Source of the DNA: an uncultured virus (IMG/VR IMGVR_UViG_3300044611_000703)
Lineage: Duplodnaviria > Heunggongvirae > Uroviricota > Caudoviricetes
Strand: one strand, 5' to 3'
Virus record (IMG/VR): IMGVR_UViG_3300044611_000703
Coordinates: 1 to 64,000 of that record
DNA: 64,000 bases
Below are positions 1 through 9,800 of this stretch, piece by piece. Numbering within the stretch: position 1 is the stretch's first letter; every line of letters begins with the position of its first letter. Made by a program: the position numbers and the translations under genes. The notes under the pieces were generated by a model, which made no database searches, was not told the DNA's origin, and saw only the letters and a list, made by a program, of their open reading frames with translations.

Positions 1-1972
1 AATATCTTGCGTTGTATCCACCTTCTAAATTTGAACGTAGTCCAACTTCGGTATCAACCCAACTTTTATTATTATCAATAGTTTGAGTTAGATTATACCC
101 TAAAGTCATAAAAGGAAAATCTCTAAACCTATTAAAATATTCTTGACCATAACTATATGGTGTTAGAACTGTTTGATAATTAGGATTTGCACCTGTAAAT
201 ACACTATTAGTAAAACTTACTTCTTCAGGAGCTCTATGTTTTGGTGTTTGTTCAAACCAACCACTACCTTTTTCAAAGAAAAAATCCTCAGTATTTGGTG
301 GTGCTTTAGGAAATCCTAAATCATCCATTGGATACTCGTCTTTAGTTATATTAACATCTTTAATTACTGTGGTTGTTGTAAAACCAGTATATTCAATATC
401 TCTTAATCTATATGTATTACCCGCCTCAAGTGTTGGTAGTTCTTGAGTATACGTACCACCTGATATTTGAGCAAACTGTGTGTTGAATTGATTAACATTA
501 ATTCTTTGGTCAGCTAAATAAATGTATTCGTTAAATTCAACTAAAGCGTCAGGGGCACCAATTAAAGCCATTAACGTTTCAATTGATTTTCTTGTACCTT
601 TTGATTTAAACAAATATGCCGAGTTTAATATTAAGTTTCTATAATATTGATAATTTAACTCATCAGGTGTTGTAGCATCTGAAATACCCGGATATTGAGA
701 CCTATCAGTATTTGTTTGACCAAAAACTGAACTTAAAAAATCATCTGTAGATACAGGTGACATATTTGTTTGCCAACCTAATGTTTGCGCTAAGTTTTTA
801 AGTAACTGAGATGGGATATCATCACCAGGGTTATAATGAACTGAGTTCATAAACGCTAACGCACTTATGAATTTATTTGTTTCGTCAAAACTTCTACCGT
901 AAATTTGTAATACCTTTTCCATTTTTTGACCTATTGTGTCAAACTCTTGGAACGCACCGGTAGTTAAAAATCTTGCAACAATGTTGGTTTTATACTCATC
1001 CATTGATACACCAATATCATTTAATTGAACTAAATAATTGGTGAACGCATTTGTTACAATATCTAAATTCCAAGAACCATTTAATGGGAATGTTATAAAT
1101 TCCTGTGAAGAAAAATATGTTCCATCTTCAGCGTCTCTTGGCACATTAAAACTCGCAGTGTATTTTGGTGTAACATTTCTATTTAAAAGAAAATTTTCAA
1201 CCTCATCTAAATGTTCATTGAAAATTCTATTAACCTCATAATCATTTGGTCTAATAACTAAATCATCAAAAGTAACTGTTTGAAATGGAAATGGATGACC
1301 ACTAACACTTATGTTTAAAGTCCCCGATGTCATCGATGTTGTTGGAATAATCGCAGTTACATTATATCCATTACCATTATAATATAAACTATAATTAGCG
1401 TATTGAACCGTCATATCTCTAAGCGAAGATACCTGAATCTCTTTTAATTCAAGGTTTCTAGTTGAGTTAATAGTAAAATCAATCGCAAAAGGATTCCTTA
1501 AACGAGCGACATCTAAATCAAAACTAGTAATATTGTCAATCTCATTATAACTTATATTTGTTGCCGTTTCTCCTTTAATATAGTTCTCACCCATAAGGGT
1601 TGCTTCAAGCGCCGCAGGGAATTTTGCGATGATTGTTTCAACTGCTGTGGATAATCTTTTCACTAAAGACCCGTATTGAGTAAAATTAGTAATTTGACTT
1701 AAATCAAAATTTGGATAAACTTTAAAGTTATTTTCAAATATAGTTCTTGACTGAAGTGTACTCTCTAATCCTAACCCTTCTAAACTGATTGGGTCGGAGA
1801 ATGTACCTGTGTTAAACTTTCTATTTGTCTTTTCGTTAAAAGAAGTCGCAAATTCAAAATTACCCTGTGTCAAACCACCCCCCGTAACTAGTTGGAAACC
1901 AACTAAATCATCAGAGAATGAACTTGCACCGGATGGACCTTGTGGAGGACATGTAAATTTTTGTAATGCCAT
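1..1972 (-). CDS. Partial CDS running off the window start; probable baseplate wedge protein (P2 gpI/T4 gp7-like)
   Basis: Not in the ORF track. ATG at 1972 overlaps the upstream stop (TAATG) and reads MALQKFTCPPQGPSGASSFSDDLVGFQ. It contains PSQLLKNLAQTLGW and ILNSAYLFKSKGTRKSIETLM (KGT motif of tail protein I-like wedges) and is still sense at position 2. Spot-checked, not translated in full. Confidence 0.7.
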   Translation of the reverse strand, partial: MALQKFTCPPQGPSGASSFSDDLVGFQLVTGGGLTQGNFEFATSFNEKTNRKFNTGTFSDPISLEGLGLESTLQSRTIFENNFKVYPNFDLSQITNFTQYGSLVKRLSTAVETIIAKFPAALEATLMGENYIKGETATNISYNEIDNITSFDLDVARLRNPFAIDFTINSTRNLELKEIQVSSLRDMTVQYANYSLYYNGNGYNVTAIIPTTSMTSGTLNISVSGHPFPFQTVTFDDLVIRPNDYEVNRIFNEHLDEVENFLLNRNVTPKYTASFNVPRDAEDGTYFSSQEFITFPLNGSWNLDIVTNAFTNYLVQLNDIGVSMDEYKTNIVARFLTTGAFQEFDTIGQKMEKVLQIYGRSFDETNKFISALAFMNSVHYNPGDDIPSQLLKNLAQTLGWQTNMSPVSTDDFLSSVFGQTNTDRSQYPGISDATTPDELNYQYYRNLILNSAYLFKSKGTRKSIETLMALIGAPDALVEFNEYIYLADQRINVNQFNTQFAQISGGTYTQELPTLEAGNTYRLRDIEYTGFTTTTVIKDVNITKDEYPMDDLGFPKAPPNTEDFFFEKGSGWFEQTPKHRAPEEVSFTNSVFTGANPNYQTVLTPYSYGQEYFNRFRDFPFMTLGYNLTQTIDNNKSWVDTEVGLRSNLEGGYNARY

Positions 1973-2889
1973 TATTCAGTTATGTTTGTAAAGTTTTTAC
2001 TAAAATCAATATTATCACCTCTATTTTGTCTAACTTCATATAATAACGTATTAAATTGGTCTCTAATTTCGTATAGATTATATTGTTGGTAAATGTTGTT
2101 ATTCGCGTCGTAAATAGTGTAAATACCATCATCCATAGATTTAGTTTGATTACCATAAAGAGCAATTGCCAATGTTGAGAAATCTTGGTCTGCAATCTCA
2201 ATATCAAGTGTTATCGGATTAAAGAAGGTATTAGACATTATAATAGTTTGATTTGGCTGCCCAATATATGGGGTCGCATTTGGTTTGTTTGTCGGAGATG
2301 ACGACGGAGAAACAGTACAAAAGATTAAATTTGTATTGTTATCAGTATATCTATATCTAATTGCTTTTTGTGAAGTATTTGTTAAATTTTGTACAACCGG
2401 TTCACAAAAGAATGATGATGTTACAATTCTAAAAAAATTAGGTATTTTTGTTCCATCAGAGTTTAAATACTCAATTCTAAAACCAACTAAACCTTGATTA
2501 ACAAATTTATTTCTAAATTGACTTGGAACATTATTTAAATCAATAACAAGTCCTTTTACGTTAGGTAATGATGATAACACACCACAATCTAATATACTCG
2601 TTCTAATCTCCGCAGGTCTTATGTATAAGGTGTAGATACCTAATTGGTTAAATTGTTCCGCAGGCAATCTTAAATTGTATAACCCACCTAATATTTCTAC
2701 ATTAGGGTTAGGACTTGAAGGATTTGTCTGTGAATTATTAAAATAAGGTCTCAATATAGATACCGCATCTAACTTTGTTAATACAAAATTATCTGTTTCA
2801 TCTCTTGATGGTGTATAATTAAGAATGATGTCCACATCTTCGGGTGATACATCTGCGGGTCTTATAGTTCCATAGGTGCCAGTCGCCAT
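1972..2889 (-). CDS. Hypothetical protein, probably virion/baseplate-associated
   Basis: 305-aa ORF in the baseplate cluster; TATTTAT motif upstream. Confidence 0.6.
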   Translation of the reverse strand: MATGTYGTIRPADVSPEDVDIILNYTPSRDETDNFVLTKLDAVSILRPYFNNSQTNPSSPNPNVEILGGLYNLRLPAEQFNQLGIYTLYIRPAEIRTSILDCGVLSSLPNVKGLVIDLNNVPSQFRNKFVNQGLVGFRIEYLNSDGTKIPNFFRIVTSSFFCEPVVQNLTNTSQKAIRYRYTDNNTNLIFCTVSPSSSPTNKPNATPYIGQPNQTIIMSNTFFNPITLDIEIADQDFSTLAIALYGNQTKSMDDGIYTIYDANNNIYQQYNLYEIRDQFNTLLYEVRQNRGDNIDFSKNFTNITE

Positions 2890-2964
2890 TATATTTCTTT
2901 TTTAATTAATTTATTATTTTTAGTGTTTTTTTGTTTCATATTGATAAATATCAAATTTATGTTT

Positions 2965-4191
2965 TTAATCAATTTTAATTATATTAAAAAACTTATACCC
3001 ATATTTTTCAAGGTCACCCAAATTATCTACTTCACCTAATCGTTCCATTGATTCAAATCCAGAAACTTTTCCCCGTTCAATGAACACATTGGATTGAACT
3101 TCCGGCTCATCAATTACATTTAATAATGCCTCATTTTTTACAATTGGTTCACATACCGTGTCTATCGGTGTTACACCACTAACCACAAAGAGTGTTGTTC
3201 CATCACTATAATCATAGTAATCAACTCCATTTATTGTATACCCGGTGTATAATTGATTACCGTTTGCACTTCCCCCCCAATATGTTCCAACAACACCTGT
3301 TGTGCCTGTTATTTGAACACCAATCTTATAATATCCATCAACTAAAGTAGATTTGTTACCATAAACTCTTAAATCCGATACAGTTGATTGAGTGTATCCA
3401 CTAACAACTAATGGTACGGTTAAATAAGGATTAATACCACTTTGATAAGTTTCACAACTCGTATCACCACTATAAATAAAGTCATAACAAATTGGTGTTG
3501 CCGACCAACTACCACCCATTGGAGTAAAACAAGTCGTACCTTTTGGGTCTAATATAGTCGTATTAGTAAATGGTACTGTAACCGTTTTCTTTACCACATT
3601 AGAACCCCACGGACTCATACCTGACATACTAATCGTAAATTCACCGGATTGTGAGTATGGATGCGAATAAAAATTAGGACTGACATTTGTAACCGTTTGT
3701 TTTGGTGTTCCATCACCCCAATCTATTTCATAAGATGAAAACTCTAAATATTTTTTAAATTCAACATCTGAAGTATTATAAAAATTGTACGTATAGGGGA
3801 ATGCGGTATTAGCCGAAAATAAAAAGTTAGTCATAACTTCTTGTTGAACAATCATACCATCAAATACAGAATAATATCCAACGTCCACAGTATTTTCAGT
3901 TATTAATATTGGAATAGTCATTCCTGTTAATAATGATGTACCTCGTTTGAGTGTTGCTTTTGAAATATTAGAAGTCGCGGTTGTTCCTGTCGCACCTGTT
4001 AATATTTGAGTCATTGACGAATATACATAAGCATTCCCATCAATATACTTGGTCACCTCACGAGTATAGATATCACAACAAAATGGTATTTTTTGTTGTT
4101 CAAGATACGGGTCTCCGATATAACTAATTTTAAAAACATCACCATTAATTACTTCAGGAGATATTCTTATACGATAAGTATTTGCACTCAT
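2965..4191 (-). CDS. PKD/Ig-like domain structural protein
   Basis: YEIDWGDGT...SHPYSQSGEFTISM resembles the PKD WDFGDG signature; 408 aa. Confidence 0.6.
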   Translation of the reverse strand: MSANTYRIRISPEVINGDVFKISYIGDPYLEQQKIPFCCDIYTREVTKYIDGNAYVYSSMTQILTGATGTTATSNISKATLKRGTSLLTGMTIPILITENTVDVGYYSVFDGMIVQQEVMTNFLFSANTAFPYTYNFYNTSDVEFKKYLEFSSYEIDWGDGTPKQTVTNVSPNFYSHPYSQSGEFTISMSGMSPWGSNVVKKTVTVPFTNTTILDPKGTTCFTPMGGSWSATPICYDFIYSGDTSCETYQSGINPYLTVPLVVSGYTQSTVSDLRVYGNKSTLVDGYYKIGVQITGTTGVVGTYWGGSANGNQLYTGYTINGVDYYDYSDGTTLFVVSGVTPIDTVCEPIVKNEALLNVIDEPEVQSNVFIERGKVSGFESMERLGEVDNLGDLEKYGYKFFNIIKID

Positions 4192-4991
4192 TATGGATTT
4201 ATATATTCATACCATTTTATGGAACTAGTTGTTCCTACTCTAACATTTAACTCATCTAAAATCTCATATGTTTTATTAACATAATCTAAATTAACTTTAT
4301 AATAAAAATACTTTGATTCAAACTCGAAAGCACTTGGAATCAATGGTGATGATTGAGGTACTTTCATCATTTTAACAAACACACCTAACTTACCATCAAA
4401 AAATTTAGCACTCATATAAAAAGTAGTTAAATTATAAAACTTAATATTCTTTAACCAATAAATGAAAAAACCTTCCTTATCACCAACAAAATCTAATTTG
4501 TAAGATGGACGTTTAATTAAAACATCCGGAATGTAAGGAGATAATGTAACCAATTCCGTAAACCCCTGTTGAACAGGGATAATTATTGTGAAATAATTAG
4601 TTTGTGATTTACCATCCATTGTATCATAGAAATCCAATTTAAAGAATGACTTGGTAAAAGGTTTTTCATAATAATATATTTCACTCTTATCAAATCCTTC
4701 AGGTAAATAACTATTCACCCAATCATTACTTGTTGCGGTCGTAACATTATTAACATTACCACTATAGAAATGAAAATCATATTTAACATCTGTTTTTGTA
4801 TCATTATCATATGGTTTATGTGAAAATCTCAATAACTCAAAATCTTCAGCAACACCAATGATATCCTTGATAACATCTTCCTCATAAAGTTCAATACTAT
4901 CTTCTTGTCCATACATATCCCACTTCAGTTCAATCGGTAAAAGAATGTACTGTTCATCATTTGGGATTACAAATCTAAATTTATTACTCAC
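4191..4991 (-). CDS. Hypothetical protein (structural cluster)
   Basis: 266-aa ORF overlapping both neighbours. Confidence 0.6.
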   Translation of the reverse strand: MSNKFRFVIPNDEQYILLPIELKWDMYGQEDSIELYEEDVIKDIIGVAEDFELLRFSHKPYDNDTKTDVKYDFHFYSGNVNNVTTATSNDWVNSYLPEGFDKSEIYYYEKPFTKSFFKLDFYDTMDGKSQTNYFTIIIPVQQGFTELVTLSPYIPDVLIKRPSYKLDFVGDKEGFFIYWLKNIKFYNLTTFYMSAKFFDGKLGVFVKMMKVPQSSPLIPSAFEFESKYFYYKVNLDYVNKTYEILDELNVRVGTTSSIKWYEYINP

Positions 4992-6846
4992 AATCGTCTA
5001 TTATTGGTTCTGCGGTTATTGTCTGTTCATTATAATTAGTACCTTCAGGTATTATTCTAAAAATAATATTAGTATAAGGGTAATGAGCCCCATTTAAAAA
5101 TGGATAATTAACCCCAATATTATTAGAATCAATAAATCCGTAACTATATAAATCCTTCCATAAAAAAGTATCTTTACTTGGAGAGTAATACGCATAATTA
5201 GGAACATCCACCACATTTTTCTTATCTCCCTCCTCAATGTAATCTGAGAATTGTCTAATAGTTAAACTATTATGTGGTTGATAATAATACCCGTAAGGAT
5301 TGTCCAAAGACATACGATAACCTGTTGAACTAGTTGGTCTTCCAATATTAAATACTTTTGCGTTATACGTTATCTTATGATATAAATTAGATATAACTCT
5401 TTCTGTTTGTTCAAAATTATTCCACTCACAATAATCCCCATCTAAAGTATCACCTTCCTTTAAAGACCTATTATATGTGAAAACTATTGGTACTCCATTA
5501 TATTGAGCCAATGGTAAACCATTTGGTCCTAACGTTGTATTCACATAGGTATCTATTGGAATGTTTGTATCCGAATTATTATTTAGTTCACTCCACCAAT
5601 ATGAAGGTAATTTAGTTTGGGGATTTAAAGGTAAATTAAAATCATAACCAAACTTCATACCCTGATAACCCAATCCCGGTCCAATTAACCTACCAAACGT
5701 ATAACCAAAATAACCTTTCCAAATTGTTGTAAAAAATAATTCAGTTAAAGGTCTTTTTTGATTATCAATTAAATCATTAATTTTAACGTCTTTATCAAAT
5801 GATAATGTGTAAGATTGAGCACCTTCCTTTATTGAAACTCTAGCAATTCTGTTAGGTGTAAAACCACTACTTTCATATTTTTTCTTAACGCCAAAAATAT
5901 TTTGGTCAAATCCCGCATTTACTAAAATCGCATTATCAGGGTTTGTTAAAATTTTATGTCTTCTAACATAATATGTTGAGATAGTATCACTTGGGTTATC
6001 ACTGTTTATAATTCGTTTAAACGTCCCTTCTGTTCCTGTAGTAAATGTTGTTCCTGTAAACCCAACATTAAAAATGTTAAAAACATATAAATCACTTTCG
6101 TATTTTCCATCACCTAAACTATATACTTCAAAAGTATCAACCCCATTATAATTAAAATTTAATTTAACAAATTCTCCCGGTATTAATCCGTGTTTCATCG
6201 GACATATACATTTAATAATCCCTCTTCCGTTGTATACTGTTGTATCATCATTTTCAACCACAAAAGGAATACCATCTGAAGCAACCCAATCTAATGTAAC
6301 AGCGTTTGAAATTGAAGGTATTTTTATAATTGCGTTTAATTGTTTTTGATAATCATTTTCAAATGGATAACTAACATAATGTGTCCAATTATATGTTGAA
6401 GCACTTTTGCTTACAAACGTCAAATGATTATATGGTGGTTGAGTATAACCCGGAACATTGTAATCAGTTCTAATGAAATCAAATTCATTATATTGTGGAA
6501 ATCCTGACCAAATAACACTTGGATTTATACCAGTTGGGGTACAATTATCCGCAGCCGCTTGAGCTTCATTAACATAATACAGATTATTTTCAAATGGCAT
6601 GTAATCCGTACTACCTGTATATGAATTATTAAATAATAATGAAAATTTACAGGTAGGTCTAAATATGTCAGATTTTTGTCTTTCATCATCAAACACTTGT
6701 TCCAAACTAACATCAATATTCCTATCAAATTCAACATTTATTTGAGCGGTTTGAACTAATGGAACATTGAACATCAGATTGGTGTCCGGTGCCGATTTAT
6801 ATCGTAAAGAACCTAAAATTACTCTAGTATCAATTCTATTTCCCAT
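4984..6846 (-). CDS. Hypothetical protein, probably structural
   Basis: 620-aa ORF within the baseplate operon. Confidence 0.6.
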   Translation of the reverse strand: MGNRIDTRVILGSLRYKSAPDTNLMFNVPLVQTAQINVEFDRNIDVSLEQVFDDERQKSDIFRPTCKFSLLFNNSYTGSTDYMPFENNLYYVNEAQAAADNCTPTGINPSVIWSGFPQYNEFDFIRTDYNVPGYTQPPYNHLTFVSKSASTYNWTHYVSYPFENDYQKQLNAIIKIPSISNAVTLDWVASDGIPFVVENDDTTVYNGRGIIKCICPMKHGLIPGEFVKLNFNYNGVDTFEVYSLGDGKYESDLYVFNIFNVGFTGTTFTTGTEGTFKRIINSDNPSDTISTYYVRRHKILTNPDNAILVNAGFDQNIFGVKKKYESSGFTPNRIARVSIKEGAQSYTLSFDKDVKINDLIDNQKRPLTELFFTTIWKGYFGYTFGRLIGPGLGYQGMKFGYDFNLPLNPQTKLPSYWWSELNNNSDTNIPIDTYVNTTLGPNGLPLAQYNGVPIVFTYNRSLKEGDTLDGDYCEWNNFEQTERVISNLYHKITYNAKVFNIGRPTSSTGYRMSLDNPYGYYYQPHNSLTIRQFSDYIEEGDKKNVVDVPNYAYYSPSKDTFLWKDLYSYGFIDSNNIGVNYPFLNGAHYPYTNIIFRIIPEGTNYNEQTITAEPIIDDCE

Positions 6847-6847
6847 A

Positions 6848-9800
6848 TTATAATGTTGTTGTTGTATCTAACCATTTAGTTGTGAATCTATCAAATGCCG
6901 ATTTACCTTTTTTCAATCCAAAATAAAAATAAAACGGAGCTCCGGTATTAAACAATCTGTCATCGTATGAATTTGATTCAATAGAGTTAAACTCCGGATT
7001 TAATGTTCCATCAGGATAAACAGAATAAATATAACCTTTAAAGTATTTGTTTTCAGGACTTTGAGATGTTCTCATATATCTTGATGAAGGTTCAATTCTG
7101 TCTAACAATTGATAAGGATAATTAAAAAATGCCGGATTGTTTATTGGATTAGTATACCACCCATTTTTTTGAGACCCAAAAATACTATTGGTGTCATCTG
7201 GTTTTATATTCCATTGATAAAATGGAACCGTTTGAGTGAATACCGAAAAATAACTAAAAGTACACGGTTGATTCGCAATCCCATCAGGGTCAATAATCGT
7301 TCTTTTTGGTGATATAAAATCTCGCGTTTGAGTATCTGAAGAAAAGAAAACACCAAACACCACCTTATTAATATCACTTGACGGGTTATAATATATTGGG
7401 TTTTGCTGTCCAGCAGGATTGTCAGGATAATTTAACGATTGGAACGGCGCCACCGATAATTCAGAATTAATTGCAATCATTTGAGCGTAATCACCATCAA
7501 TCATAAGTTTAGTTCTACTGAAAAATGATAGGATACCGACATTAGTTACCCCAATTCTTTCCAAAAATCCGGGACTAGCTAATCTTGTAATAATTAAAAG
7601 ATTTAATAATTCAGAAACATCACCATAACTTGACGTATTTAATCGATTAGCAACATACCCATCAAAATCATCAGACATGACCAATTCTTGTATATATAAG
7701 TTTCTTGGACCTAAATCCATGATAGTTGTTGGATATTTTAAATTTTTTAAATTACCTCCATAACCACCAAATATACCACTTATAATAGGATTCGGTTCTG
7801 GTCTATCCATACCAACAAATTCAGAAGTACTATCATTCCAAGGACTACTTCTATAATAAAAATTATTGGTATCTTGGTCAAAATAAATATTTTCACTACA
7901 AATTCTACTCACAGGTCGATTTTGACTATTGAAAACAATATCATTAGAAAATGAAAAAGGATAAAGAACCCCATTAATCCAATTGTTCGTAAATAAATGT
8001 GAAAATACGTTTCTACACGCACCAAACATTACTTGAATCCTATTTGTCCATTCAAACACTACTTGAAAATCTTGACCCGATAATAAAGAAAGTATTGGTT
8101 GAGTAATCAATATATAGCAACCACCGTCAAACTTAACTTTACCGGAACCAAAACTCCAACAAGGATTTCCTTTATCGTATATTTTTAAATTATATTTACC
8201 CGGAGAAGGTTCATCACTATAATAACAACCTAACGGTGCCATATCGCCACAATTAAATGACTTTAAAATTTGATTAACAAGCTCTGGTTCAGCATCCGGG
8301 CCAACAATTGGTTCAGGAGCAAAAGCACCTGCTTCTCCCACAAATACACTTGATGACCCCGTCCCACCAACACTTTGATTAATAGTCGCACCATCATCAG
8401 TCACAACAAAGATTACAAAATTACTATTTGTATGTAACGGAAAACTATTACCTAAATTATTCTGAACTAATGTTGAAGTCGGTAATCTATCCGACCTCAT
8501 CACTATTTTAGTTTGATTCGTACTATTTAAATTAAAAATTAAAGACGCTGCCGTAATTTCTGCAGGTGTTGTTCCCGAGCTTGGATATTTTGGTGCGTAG
8601 TAAACATTATCAAGTAAAAGTGGGTCTGGCGATATGGCTTGGTTTATATTTAATCTTTGATAAAACATTGAACCACCCTCAACAATCTCACCAGGATAGT
8701 AACCTCTATTATCAGTTGGTGACACATTTTCAGTACCGGCCCTTCTATTATAAAGTTTAGTAAAAGGCCCAACACAATTAACAAGACGAGTATACTGAAT
8801 ATCCCACTCAACAATAAACCCATTCCAACCTTGTGTTCCATCCGAAAATGAAAATGGTGGTGGAGAATTATTTATGTAATCATTAACCACTTTAATTGGG
8901 GAAGATGATGGTAATGTGACTGACGACAATGGTAGAGCCCCTTGTCCGGGAGTAAAACTACCATTTGTCGAATCTAGATTAGAATAAAATGTATGTAGAT
9001 TACTCGTGAACGAACTAAAACCAAACGTTTCAGGTAATGGTGGTAGTGGTGGTAGAACTGTTGGTGGAGGTGGTGTTATAGATGGTTCAAAACGAAACGA
9101 ATTAAAATAAAAATTAGATGTTAAATTACTTGTGGTAATATGATTAACACAATTTAAAGTACCTTGAATTGGGTAATTTAATTTATAATTATTACCTGTT
9201 ATTATTGTTGATGAATTACCAAAATTATAACCAAATAATCGACTTAAATCATATTGAACTTTAGTTCTAGATGAATTAGGGTCAACACCTCTAACTAAAA
9301 ATATGACTCTTTGTTTCTCAATTGATTTATAATACTCGACAGGAGAAAAAAACCTTTCAGTAGTATCCCAAGATAATGGTCTACCACAAGGAAACCCACT
9401 TACTGTATCATCAGTTTGAAATTGAGTTATACGATAAAATCTCATATCGTTACTTAAAAACCTATTATTAAATGAATTATTACTATTCCAATCATTAGGT
9501 GATGAAGCCGTGTTACTATTACACATTCCGCTATATTCAGAATAAGTCATACCTGTAATAACTTGAAAATATTCAACATCCATAGGGAATCTAGCATATT
9601 TAGGGTCACCTGAAAAAGTAACAATTTGATATTCTACCTCTGTAGGCATATTACCCGAACCATTCGGATTCGCATAGTTAATTTTTATTGTTCCGGGATT
9701 AGTTGTTGACCCACTATTTATTGTCGTACCTGTAATGGTATTTGTACCATACTCATTTAATGTTGTTCCGGTATTAATAACATTTTTATCTTTTGATAGT